A DNA stretch of 64,000 nt from an uncultured Gammaproteobacteria bacterium (GCA_964588165.1 CAZPMS010000002.1:15951-79950), one strand, 5' to 3'; numbered from the stretch's first letter, positions 19,098-28,433 are shown. A program made the numbers and translations. Notes: generated by a model from the sequence alone, not told the origin.

Positions 19098-19161
19098 GTC
19101 TTTTTTATACTTAAATAAAAAACCCGCTAATCTTGACAAAATTTAAAAAATGTGATATTTT
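19098..19161 (+). promoter_or_regulatory. Terminator tail plus sigma70 promoter module (repeated at 19899-19963)
   Basis: GTCTTTTTT...CTTAAATAAAAA(A)CC...CTAAT(A)CTTGACAAAAT. TTGACA-17 nt-TATTTT. Confidence 0.6.
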
Positions 19162-19218
19162 ATGTAGTTATAAGTTTTAACACTAACGTTCTTTGCCATA
19201 AACCTAAGGGAGGTTCGC

Positions 19219-19872
19219 ATGCTTTGCAAGAAGAGAATGGTTGCGGACCTACTTTTTGCGGTCCAAATCATTTGTACGCTTGTCTTCGGCATAAAGCAAT
19301 TCATAAGAATGCTCACTGTTACTGAAGGGGTGAGTGTAAGTATGTTCTGGAGCTGGGAATTTTTCTTGGCTATCAATTTGATTTTAGTGCTTAAAGCACA
19401 CCGTAACCAACCGAGTAGGGCCACCCGCCAAACCATAATTAGTTATATCACCTGGATTGCCATGATCACTTTGGATTTAGGTGTTATGTATGTTAAGGAT
19501 GTGGGGGTGTGGAATGCTCGCGATAGTTGGTCAGCAATTTTGGTAGCAGTAGGCATTATAGCTACCTTGATAGTTGGCCGTTACAAGCACCTGTCCATTA
19601 CCGATCCAATGATAAAAACCTCTTTCGCAGTATTTTTTAAAGTTGTACCTCAAATCATTTGGGCTTACAATATAACTCTGATGGGCGGAGCAGGTTTGGC
19701 CGGGGCAGCTGTTATTGCCGGACATATAACTATTTTATCCCGAATCGGGCAAGTTTTGTTTATCATCGAGGAAGCAGGTTGGGATAGAAATAGAATTGGA
19801 GTTGCTATTAGTGAAATATCCAACGAGGTTAGTTGGCTGGTAGTAACTGTTGTTTGGGTTATTTACACATAA
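19219..19872 (+). CDS. Hypothetical multi-pass membrane protein
   Basis: GGAGG SD and 6-7 hydrophobic segments. Confidence 0.75.
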   Translation: MLCKKRMVADLLFAVQIICTLVFGIKQFIRMLTVTEGVSVSMFWSWEFFLAINLILVLKAHRNQPSRATRQTIISYITWIAMITLDLGVMYVKDVGVWNARDSWSAILVAVGIIATLIVGRYKHLSITDPMIKTSFAVFFKVVPQIIWAYNITLMGGAGLAGAAVIAGHITILSRIGQVLFIIEEAGWDRNRIGVAISEISNEVSWLVVTVVWVIYT

Positions 19873-19898
19873 AAAGGCCCTTCTTCCATGAAGTTTGG

Positions 19899-19963
19899 GT
19901 CTTTTTTAATTCTTAAATAAAAACCTACTAATACTTGACAAAATATTGAATATATGCTATCAT
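19899..19963 (+). promoter_or_regulatory. Terminator tail plus sigma70 promoter module
   Basis: TTGACA-17 nt-TATCAT, similar to 19098-19161. Confidence 0.65.
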
Positions 19964-20055
19964 ATTATGATGCTTGAAATAGGTTCAAGTATCAAAGATG
20001 TCCCACTACCGACCACAGCCAAGATGCTGGGCGGAAAGAAGAAAGGGATACACCC

Positions 20056-20715
20056 ATGATCAGGATTTCGATTGATCCGAAAACGGTTGAGGGGCTTATA
20101 GGCTCCAACAAAGCCGAGATGAAGCGGTATGGTACGGAAGGTAATAATTATGTAGAGATTTGTGGGCTACATTTTTCCCGCGGATCGTGTGATGGATCTA
20201 TTGATCCCTGGACGAAGGATATTCATGAATCTCTGTCGGAAGTTTTGCCACTTCCTGAAGATCTTCCTGTACAACGCATCTCGGTGCATGTCCAGTTTAT
20301 CGCCCATCCCAGACGAGACAGGGGGGCTTATAAACTGGGAACGGCATCGGCAGAACTTGAAGTGAACACTCATCTCAATTCTAACGGCAATCATGAACTC
20401 AAGATGATTGCTGAAGGAGGCAAGCCAAATGAGATGCTCACCCATCTAAAGGAGCTGGAGCTGGCCATTAAGACTGGCAATCTGGATGAGGTAATCATGA
20501 CTCATTCTTTCGAGAATGATCAGGTTACGGAAGCCGATTTCAAGGCACCTCCGGGAATGTTCAGGATCATTCATGAACACAAGGACGGCGAACTGGAAAT
20601 CGTGGCCGATTTCGAAAGGCTCAATTTCGCCAAAACTTCATTAAGTGCTCTTCGTGAGCAGAATGAAGATGACTTTTTCACCCTTTGTGATAACAAAGGA
20701 AAAATAGAGGAGTAA
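20056..20715 (+). CDS. Hypothetical protein
   Basis: 219-aa ORF with its own promoter, purine-rich RBS and downstream terminator. Confidence 0.7.
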   Translation: MIRISIDPKTVEGLIGSNKAEMKRYGTEGNNYVEICGLHFSRGSCDGSIDPWTKDIHESLSEVLPLPEDLPVQRISVHVQFIAHPRRDRGAYKLGTASAELEVNTHLNSNGNHELKMIAEGGKPNEMLTHLKELELAIKTGNLDEVIMTHSFENDQVTEADFKAPPGMFRIIHEHKDGELEIVADFERLNFAKTSLSALREQNEDDFFTLCDNKGKIEE

Positions 20716-20739
20716 TCCTCACATTCAAATTTATAAACA

Positions 20740-20776
20740 TGGGTCACCAGCAACACCGGTGGCCCTTTTCTTTTTT
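20740..20776 (+). terminator. Intrinsic terminator
   Basis: GGGTCACC...GGTGGCCC followed by a T tract. Confidence 0.7.
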
Positions 20777-20826
20777 AATAATTTACTCACTTGATTAATT
20801 TATAGTTATTAAGTATTATCGAATTT

Positions 20827-21264
20827 ATGAAGGAATATACAACCAACAGTCCTAAAGAAACTAAAAAATTGGCTACAGAAATTGCCAGCCAATTTAAAGG
20901 CGTAAGAGTCATTGGTTTAGTAGGTGAACTTGGTGCTGGGAAAACGGTTTTTGTTCAAGGCTTGGCAGAGGCTATGGGAATCACTGAAGTGGTTAATAGC
21001 CCCACTTTTGTTTTAATGAAGAATTACGAAGTCCATGAGCCAGAATCCACAGTCCATAATCTTGTTCATGTTGATGCTTATCGTTTGAATGATAGCCAGG
21101 AACTTAATGATATTGGTTTAGAAGAATATTTAAATAAAAAAAATACCATTGTAGTAATTGAATGGGCAGATAAAGTTAAAGATTTATTGCCAGTAGATTC
21201 AGTGATGATTGAATTTAAGGAAGAGACAGAAAATAAAAGGGTAATTCAAGTAAAAAAAGCTTGA
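20827..21264 (+). CDS. tsaE: tRNA threonylcarbamoyladenosine biosynthesis ATPase
   Basis: GELGAGKT, VNSPTF, HVDAYRL, VIEWAD. Confidence 0.95.
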   Translation: MKEYTTNSPKETKKLATEIASQFKGVRVIGLVGELGAGKTVFVQGLAEAMGITEVVNSPTFVLMKNYEVHEPESTVHNLVHVDAYRLNDSQELNDIGLEEYLNKKNTIVVIEWADKVKDLLPVDSVMIEFKEETENKRVIQVKKA

Positions 21265-21388
21265 CTTTTTTAAAAAAGTGTGCTATCATGTAATTAGAGC
21301 GTAGGAAAGCAGTCCTATGTTTTTTGTTTGCCCAAATAAGCGAAAAATAAAAGTTTATATATAAAAAAATAAAATAAAAACAAAAACT

Positions 21389-21817
21389 ATGAAGAAAAAA
21401 ACATGTTGTAGCTGTCAGTGTGGCAAGCCTGACAAACTGACAAAATTTCAGGATTATTTTTTAAGAGGAACCTATGTCTTTTGTTCCTGTTTGATCGTTT
21501 ATTCTCTATTGATGATAAACGGCCTGGTGGCAAGCGATCCCAATTTGAAAAGTGAAAATTTATTAGCGATTTCTTATAAACAAAAGGCAACGGCTGAAAG
21601 TAAGTTAAGTATGTTGCCTAATCCTAAAGAGGTTTGGATGGATACAGTATTTTTTATGGACAGAGTAGGCTATAATATGGGAGAACCTTTAAATGACTCT
21701 ATCCACCTTTATTCCAAAACTTTAACAAGGACATTTGTGGCCACCGGCAATGCCTTGGCAGGAGTAACCAATGTTTTAACCGGATCGCCGCCATACGTAT
21801 CTGCCCAGGGGTATTAG
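21389..21817 (+). CDS. Hypothetical protein with N-terminal TM segment
   Basis: 142-aa ORF with upstream TTGACT-17 nt-TATCAT promoter. Confidence 0.6.
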   Translation: MKKKTCCSCQCGKPDKLTKFQDYFLRGTYVFCSCLIVYSLLMINGLVASDPNLKSENLLAISYKQKATAESKLSMLPNPKEVWMDTVFFMDRVGYNMGEPLNDSIHLYSKTLTRTFVATGNALAGVTNVLTGSPPYVSAQGY

Positions 21818-21884
21818 CGTTGACTAACTACAATCTTTAACATAAAATGAGGATACAATTTATAAAAGCGTATCCTCTTTTTGT

Positions 21885-22075
21885 TTAGAGGATAAATCCG
21901 GGAGTAATGTCGCCTGGAGAGCTGCTAGCAGAAACCCGCCTTGAGCGAAGTCGAGAGGCAGGAAATAGAGTTAGCCGGGGTAAGCCCGTTACAGCTTATA
22001 AATGAAGTATAAATTAAGGTGGTACCGCCCTGAGCGCAGTCGAAGGGCCCTTATGCATAGGGGTCTTTTTATTTT
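21885..22075 (+). promoter_or_regulatory. T-box riboswitch leader (probably Val) upstream of add-valS
   Basis: AATTAAGGTGGTACCGC T-box motif at 22012-22028, GCCCGTTA upstream, antiterminator AAGG/CCTT, terminator GGCCCTTA-TGCA-TAGGGGTC plus T tract. Confidence 0.85.
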
Positions 22076-22111
22076 TAAATAAAAAACCATAATTAATGAT
22101 ATAATATAAAT

Positions 22112-23101
22112 ATGTCAAAAGTGAAAATGCCAAAAAGAGTAGAGCTCCATAACCATTTAGGAGCAGCCGTGGATCCGCCACTTATGTGGTCTATTGCCCA
22201 CGGACAGGGAATTAAACTGCCTTCTAAAGATTATTGGGATTTTGAGGATTTAATTACCATTGATGTTGATGAAGACTACAACAGTGTAGCCCAGGTTGAT
22301 AAAGAACTTTTTTATTGGACAGAATTGGTCCAGTCTTCGCCGTATGCTGTAGAAGCCTCAGTTAAATCAGTTATTGGCGGGGGTTATAGGAAATGTAATA
22401 TTGTAATCCATGAACTAAGGTTTAATCCAATGAACCGGAACCGAGGCGGTGAGCAGGATCTGGATCATATTATTATGGCGGCTGTAAGGGGTATGGATAG
22501 AGCTATTCTAGAATACCCCCAAGTTAAAGCCGGATTGATATTAATGTTAGACAGAAAGTTTTCGTATGAACAAAATGAAATTATCTTTAAAAAAGCTTTA
22601 AAGTATCAAAACAGGGGAATTGTAGGGCTGGATATTGCTGGCCCACAGGTAAAGAGTTTTAAAATGAAAAATTATGTCGGCTTATTTAAAGAAGCTAAGC
22701 GCCGAGGTCTGGGTGTTACCATTCATACCGGTGAAGAAGGTAATTTGGCAGAACTTAAAATGGTGGTTAAGGAAATTAAACCCAATCGGATCGGCCACGG
22801 CTTTTTAGCTTGGCAGGATAAGGAACTTATGAAAGAAATTAAAAGGAAAGGTATTGTTTTAGAACTTTGCCCAACTTCAAACTTAAGATGTGGAGTTATT
22901 AATTCAATGGAAAAATTAAAGAAAATTTATCAAACCTTAAATAATAATGGAGTTAAGCTAACCATTAATACAGACGGCCCGGAAATGTATAAAACCAATT
23001 TGTATAAAGAGCTGGAAGTTTTGAGAACTAATGGCGTTTTTAGCCAAAAACAAATAAACCAATTTATGATCAATTCACGTAAAGCTACTTTTATTAAGTA
23101 A
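22112..23101 (+). CDS. add: Adenosine deaminase family protein
   Basis: VELHNHL, GLDIAG, TIHTGE, RIGHG, LELCPTSN, INTDGP. Confidence 0.9.
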   Translation: MSKVKMPKRVELHNHLGAAVDPPLMWSIAHGQGIKLPSKDYWDFEDLITIDVDEDYNSVAQVDKELFYWTELVQSSPYAVEASVKSVIGGGYRKCNIVIHELRFNPMNRNRGGEQDLDHIIMAAVRGMDRAILEYPQVKAGLILMLDRKFSYEQNEIIFKKALKYQNRGIVGLDIAGPQVKSFKMKNYVGLFKEAKRRGLGVTIHTGEEGNLAELKMVVKEIKPNRIGHGFLAWQDKELMKEIKRKGIVLELCPTSNLRCGVINSMEKLKKIYQTLNNNGVKLTINTDGPEMYKTNLYKELEVLRTNGVFSQKQINQFMINSRKATFIK

Positions 23102-23199
23102 TATCACGGATAATGCTGATTGTATACGCAGATGAACACTGACAATCCGCGGATATCAGCAAAGATCGGTGTCATTAATCAGCGTTATCAGCGTAAAGT

Positions 23200-26100
23200 A
23201 TGAAAGAATTATCTAAATCATATCAGCCAGATAAACACGAAAGCTCAATTTACCAAAAATGGGAAGAGTCCGGGTTTTTTAATCCCGATAATTTGCCAGG
23301 CAAGCGCAAGAAAGTTTTTTCTGTTAGCCTGCCGCCGCCCAATGCTACCGGCATTTTGCATATTGGCCATGCTTCGATGCTGGCTTACCAAGATATTATG
23401 GTCCGGTACCATAGGCTAAAAGGTGATAAAACTTTGTGGTTGCCCGGAACAGACCACGCAGCCATTGCCACTCAAACGGTGGTAGAAAAAAAATTAATCA
23501 AGGAAGAAAAAAAGCGCAAAGAAGATATTGGCCGAGAAGAGTTCAGAAAAAGAATAGATAAATATGTAGAAGAATCCCGTGGCACCATCCGTAAACAGCT
23601 CCGGGCCATGGGCTCATCTTTAGATTGGTCTAGAGAAAGATTTACCTTAGATAAAGATTTATCATTAGCAGTTAGAACAGCTTTTGCGAAAATGTATAAT
23701 GATGGACTAATTTATAGAGGTTATCGGATTGTTAATTGGTGCCCGCACTGTAAATCCACTTTAGCTGATGACGAAGTTGAGTATAAGGAACAAAAGGCCC
23801 CGTTTTATTATTTTAAATACGGTCCGGTGGTTATTGGTACAGCCAGACCAGAAACTAAATTTTCTGATAAAGTAATTATTGTTCATCCTAAAGATAAGCG
23901 TTTTAAAGATATCGCAGGTAAGGAATTTGAAGTGGAATGGATTAACGGCAAGATTAAAGCAAAAGTTATTACCGATGAAGCAGCTGATATGGAAATGGGA
24001 ACCGGGGCCATGACCATTACTCCGGCCCATAGTTTTGTAGATTTTGATTTGGCTCAAAAATATAAATTAAAGGTAGAAGAAATAATTGATAAAGATGGAA
24101 ATTTAACAGAAGTTGCTGGTGAATTTGCTGGTCAACCAGCTGCTAAAGCCAGAGAGAAAATTGTTAATAAGCTGGCCAAGAAAGGCTTAGTTGATAAAAT
24201 TGATGAAGATTACGTCCATAATTTATCTCTTTGTTACCGGTGTAAAACGCCTATTGAACCGTTGCCTTCTAAGCAGTGGTTTGTTGATGTAAATAAAAAG
24301 ATTCCAAAAAAAGGCAAGTCATTAAAGCAACTGGCCTCCGATGTAGTCAAAAATGGTGATATAAAAATAATTCCTGATAAATTCAACAAAACTTATTTCC
24401 AGTGGATGGATAATTTAAGAGATTGGTGTATTAGCCGCCAAATTTGGTATGGACATCAAATTCCGGTTTGGTATAGGGACGCAAAAGCGCAAAAGCGCAA
24501 AAGCGCAAAAAAGGAGCAAGATATTATTGTACCTAAAGAAATAACTGAAATCAATCTAATGCGCCACGGTTTAACTGATTGGAACAAAGACCAAAAAATT
24601 CAGGGCAGAACTAACGTGCCTCTAGATGAATCCAGCGTAGATAAAATTAATAAAATAATGCCTCAGTTAAGGTCAGAAAATTTTGATATAATTATTAGCT
24701 CACCCTTAATGAGAGCCAAACAAACGGCTGAAATTGTAAATAAACAATTAAATCTGCCTTTAATAGAAGATGAATTATTGGTTGAAAGAAATTATGGTAA
24801 ATTTGAAGGGAAAAAAGTAAATGATATAAAAAATGACCATCCTGATTATGCCAAGGATAAAATTAATTATGATATCCCAGGAGATGATGAAGAAACCTAC
24901 CAGGAGATTGCTCAAAGGCTGAAGAAGTTCATTAAACAAGTAAGTAAAGAATATCCTAACAAGAAAATTTTAGTTATATGCCACAATGCAGTTATCAGGA
25001 CTTTCAAGATGATAATAAAGGATTCCTCACCTAAGGAACTTTCTGGCTATAAACCTAGTTTTGACAAGTTGGTTAAATATCAAATTTTAGATGGTAACTA
25101 TAACCTAAAAGGTGTTGAGCAAGATCCTGACACTTTAGATACCTGGTTTTCATCTTCACTTTGGACATTTAGTACTCTTGGCTGGCCAGATAAAACTGAC
25201 GATCTTAAGGCTTATCATCCAACCAGTGTTATGGAAACCGGTTATGACATTTTATTTTTTTGGGTGGCCAGAATGATACTTATGTCCGAATACCTTTTAG
25301 GCCAGAAACCTTTTGAAACAGTTTACCTCCACGGCTTGGTTAAAGATAAAGAAGGCAGGAAGATGTCAAAGTCGCTTGGCAATGGCATTGATCCAATAGC
25401 CATGATTGATAAGTTTGGCACTGATGCTTTGCGGTTGGCTATGATTGTAGGAGCCAGTGCCGGTAATGACATCAGGCTTTACGAAGAAAAGATAGCCGGC
25501 TATAGGAACTTTGTTAATAAACTTTGGAACATCAGCCGCTACATATTATCTACTGTTGGACAAGTTAAACCAATTGAAAAATTGCCAGAAGCAAAAACTT
25601 TAGCTGATAAATGGATTCTTTTAGAATTTAATCAAATCGTAGAATCAACCACTGGTAATATTGAACAGTTTAAGTTCTCTCAAGCCGGTGAAGAGCTTTA
25701 TGAATTTACTTGGTCTAAACTGGCCGATTGGTATTTGGAAATCGCCAAGGTTGAAGAGGGAAAAGATGAGATCCTTTTATACATTTTAGAAAAGCTACTT
25801 ATTTTATGGCATCCCTTTTGTCCGTTTATTACAGAAGTTATTTGGGAGATATTTAAGACAGATAAGCTATTGATGATTAAAGAATGGCCGGAAATAAAGA
25901 AACAAGATATAAAAAACAAGATACAAGATGAATTTGAAAAAGTTCAAGAGATTGTTTCAGCTATCAGGAACACCAGGGCAGAACATCTGGCTAATCCCAA
26001 AAAAGTTTATGGTTGTTCTATAAAAACTTCAAAGAAAAAAGTGATTGAAGAGAATAAAAATATAATTGAAGCTTTGGCCAAAATTAAAATTATTCCTAAG

Positions 26101-26334
26101 GCCACTGGCGTTGCTATTAATCTTGCTTGGGCTGACATGATTTTAGATATTAAGGAAAATAGGGAAGTGGCCAAAAATAAAGCTAAAGAAACTGTAAATT
26201 TAGAACGTTATATCCAAATCCAAGAAGCAAAATTAAGGAATAAAGATTTTACTAAAAAGGCTCCACCTAAAGTGGTGGAGGAAGAAAAGGAGAAATTATC
26301 GCAAGCAAAAGAAAAGTTAGCCAAATTAAAATAG
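23200..26334 (+). CDS. valS: Valine--tRNA ligase with an inserted histidine phosphatase domain
   Basis: PPPNATGILHIGHA, WLPGTDHAAIATQ, DWCISRQ, DTWFSS, KMSKS, C-terminal coiled coil. RHG-containing insert of about 180 aa. Confidence 0.96.
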   Translation: MKELSKSYQPDKHESSIYQKWEESGFFNPDNLPGKRKKVFSVSLPPPNATGILHIGHASMLAYQDIMVRYHRLKGDKTLWLPGTDHAAIATQTVVEKKLIKEEKKRKEDIGREEFRKRIDKYVEESRGTIRKQLRAMGSSLDWSRERFTLDKDLSLAVRTAFAKMYNDGLIYRGYRIVNWCPHCKSTLADDEVEYKEQKAPFYYFKYGPVVIGTARPETKFSDKVIIVHPKDKRFKDIAGKEFEVEWINGKIKAKVITDEAADMEMGTGAMTITPAHSFVDFDLAQKYKLKVEEIIDKDGNLTEVAGEFAGQPAAKAREKIVNKLAKKGLVDKIDEDYVHNLSLCYRCKTPIEPLPSKQWFVDVNKKIPKKGKSLKQLASDVVKNGDIKIIPDKFNKTYFQWMDNLRDWCISRQIWYGHQIPVWYRDAKAQKRKSAKKEQDIIVPKEITEINLMRHGLTDWNKDQKIQGRTNVPLDESSVDKINKIMPQLRSENFDIIISSPLMRAKQTAEIVNKQLNLPLIEDELLVERNYGKFEGKKVNDIKNDHPDYAKDKINYDIPGDDEETYQEIAQRLKKFIKQVSKEYPNKKILVICHNAVIRTFKMIIKDSSPKELSGYKPSFDKLVKYQILDGNYNLKGVEQDPDTLDTWFSSSLWTFSTLGWPDKTDDLKAYHPTSVMETGYDILFFWVARMILMSEYLLGQKPFETVYLHGLVKDKEGRKMSKSLGNGIDPIAMIDKFGTDALRLAMIVGASAGNDIRLYEEKIAGYRNFVNKLWNISRYILSTVGQVKPIEKLPEAKTLADKWILLEFNQIVESTTGNIEQFKFSQAGEELYEFTWSKLADWYLEIAKVEEGKDEILLYILEKLLILWHPFCPFITEVIWEIFKTDKLLMIKEWPEIKKQDIKNKIQDEFEKVQEIVSAIRNTRAEHLANPKKVYGCSIKTSKKKVIEENKNIIEALAKIKIIPKATGVAINLAWADMILDIKENREVAKNKAKETVNLERYIQIQEAKLRNKDFTKKAPPKVVEEEKEKLSQAKEKLAKLK

Positions 26335-26347
26335 TTAGATAAAACAA

Positions 26348-26383
26348 AACCCTGAAGTTAAGCTTGCGCATACTTCAGGGTTT
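26348..26383. terminator. Bidirectional terminator hairpin
   Basis: AAACCCTGAAGT...ACTTCAGGGTTT between convergent genes. Confidence 0.7.
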
Positions 26384-26404
26384 GCTATTAAAACTTTAGA
26401 AGTT

Positions 26405-26554
26405 TTATTCTGAAGCTTCTTCAGTACTACCTTCTTCAGCAGCAGGAGCTTCTTCAGCAGGAGCTTCAACTGGAGTTTCTTCAGTAGTAGCTTCTTCAGT
26501 AGCAGGAGCATCAGTAGTTTCGTCTGCTACTGGGTTTGTTGTTTCGTCTTGCAT
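26405..26554 (-). CDS. Small acidic low-complexity protein (49 aa)
   Basis: MQDETTNPVADETTDAPATEEATTEETPVEAPAEEAPAAEEGSTEEASE. TTGACA-17 nt-TATCAT promoter at 26628-26656. Confidence 0.65.
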   Translation of the reverse strand: MQDETTNPVADETTDAPATEEATTEETPVEAPAEEAPAAEEGSTEEASE

Positions 26555-26699
26555 GTTATTACAAGCTTTCTTTTGCCAAAAAACCCGAAAGTTTTAAGGC
26601 AATTACTCATTTTTTAACTTGATTAGTATGATATCAAAAAGTCAATTTTATGTCAAGGCCTTATGTTAATTAAATGTTGACAACAAAAAGTTGGCTATT

Positions 26700-28433
26700 T
26701 TATTCGGCAACTCTAAAAACTTCTTCTATACTGGTAATGCCGTCTTTGGCTTTTAATAAACCATCTTGGACCATGGTTACCATGCCATTTTTTACGGCAA
26801 TTTCTTGGATAGTTGATTCAGAAACCTTCCCCGAGAGAATAATTTTTTCTATTTCAGCAGACATGGACATAATTTCATAAATGCCGATTCGCCCTTTGTA
26901 GCCTAATTTATGGCAGAATGTACAGCCAGTTGATTTATAAAATTTAAGATTATTTAGATCTCCTTCATCTAGGCGTTCGGCTGATTTAATTGGAATTTTA
27001 GAAAGTATATTTAAAATTTTGGTCATTGTATCATTATCAATCTTATCTTCCACTTTGCATTTGGCACATAATTTTCTAACCAGCCTTTGGCCAACAATGG
27101 CATTTAAAGCTGGAGCTAATAAAAAAGGTTTTACACCCATAGATAAAAATCGGGGGATAGCTCCAGAAGCGCTATTGGTATGAATAGTTGAAATAACCAG
27201 ATGCCCGGTTAAAGCGGCATTAATGGTAACGTCGGCAGTTTCTAGGTCCCTAATTTCTCCTACCATTACTATATCCGGATCTTGCCTTAAAACAGACCTT
27301 AGGCCTTTAGCAAAATTATAATCTTTATGATGATCAATCTGGCTTTGATTAATGCCTTCTAATTTATATTCTATAGGATCTTCCAAGGTTATAATTTTTG
27401 TTTCAGGATCATTAAGTTTATTTAAAATAGCGTATAGGGTTGTGGTTTTGCCACTGCCAGTAGGGCCGGTGGTGACAATCATTCCGTTGGGCCTATCTAT
27501 TTCGTGTTTTAAATCTACAAAAGATTTTCCCCTTAAGCCTAACTGGTCAAACTGCAAGCCCATGTTGGAAAATCTTAAAAGCCTCATTACTACACTTTCA
27601 CCATAGGCCGTAGGAATGGTAGAAACCCTGACATCAATCCTATCCTTAGAAAGGAAAATGGTAAATCGGCCGTCTTGGGGCTTAGCGGTAATGTTAAGCT
27701 TTAAACCGGAAATTAGTTTAACTCTGGAAATAATTTTATTCCATCTTTCGGGTGATATTTTAGCAACCGTATGCAAAACTCCGTCTACCCTAAAACGGAT
27801 CTTGATATCTTTTTCTTCAGCCTCAATATGAATATCAGAAGATTCGGTTTTTAGGGCAGCGGCAATAACTAAAGTTACCAGGCCGCTGATATTTACTCTG
27901 TCTATTTGTTCTTGGAGTTGTTCAAACGAATCTATTTCTACTTGGTATTTATTTATATCATCTTCATTTATTTCCACTCCCTTAACAACTTCTTTTATTT
28001 TAGGGATTTTTTCGTAAAGCTTAAAGGCCTGATTAAAGCTATTTTGTGAAATTAGATAAGTATTAACATTAGCCTTAAATTTTTTGGCCAACTCCGAAGC
28101 CAAAGTTTTTACTAATGGAGTTTGGGGATTAGTTGAGCCTAATCTTAATTCGGAGCTGGAATAAAAAAAGCAGACAGCTTTTAAATCTTCAGATTTTTTT
28201 TGATCAACTAAACCAATAGCTTCGGTAGAAACCGGAAAACCATCAAGATTAATATAAGGAATGCCTAATTGAGTAGCTTTGTTTTCAGTAACCCTTTCTA
28301 GGTTATTAAGATTAATTTCTGCCATTTTATCCTCCAGCTTTTGTGCTGTTTCGTCAGAGGCTACCTGGGGAGTTTTCCCGCCAGGACCGGCTGAATTTTT
28401 TCCTAGGAGATCATTTATATTTTGGTCAGTCAT
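26700..28433 (-). CDS. GspE/PulE/PilB type IV pilus assembly ATPase
   Basis: SDIHIE, PQDGRF, GPTGSGKTTT, LEDPIE, RQDPDIVMVGEIRD, TGHLVISTIHTN, tetracysteine motif. Confidence 0.93.
   Translation of the reverse strand: MTDQNINDLLGKNSAGPGGKTPQVASDETAQKLEDKMAEINLNNLERVTENKATQLGIPYINLDGFPVSTEAIGLVDQKKSEDLKAVCFFYSSSELRLGSTNPQTPLVKTLASELAKKFKANVNTYLISQNSFNQAFKLYEKIPKIKEVVKGVEINEDDINKYQVEIDSFEQLQEQIDRVNISGLVTLVIAAALKTESSDIHIEAEEKDIKIRFRVDGVLHTVAKISPERWNKIISRVKLISGLKLNITAKPQDGRFTIFLSKDRIDVRVSTIPTAYGESVVMRLLRFSNMGLQFDQLGLRGKSFVDLKHEIDRPNGMIVTTGPTGSGKTTTLYAILNKLNDPETKIITLEDPIEYKLEGINQSQIDHHKDYNFAKGLRSVLRQDPDIVMVGEIRDLETADVTINAALTGHLVISTIHTNSASGAIPRFLSMGVKPFLLAPALNAIVGQRLVRKLCAKCKVEDKIDNDTMTKILNILSKIPIKSAERLDEGDLNNLKFYKSTGCTFCHKLGYKGRIGIYEIMSMSAEIEKIILSGKVSESTIQEIAVKNGMVTMVQDGLLKAKDGITSIEEVFRVAE

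Noticed and set aside
24541-25090. Intein or intron in valS
   Set aside because: No C/S...HN splice motifs or endonuclease motifs. The insert is a recognisable phosphatase in a continuous frame.
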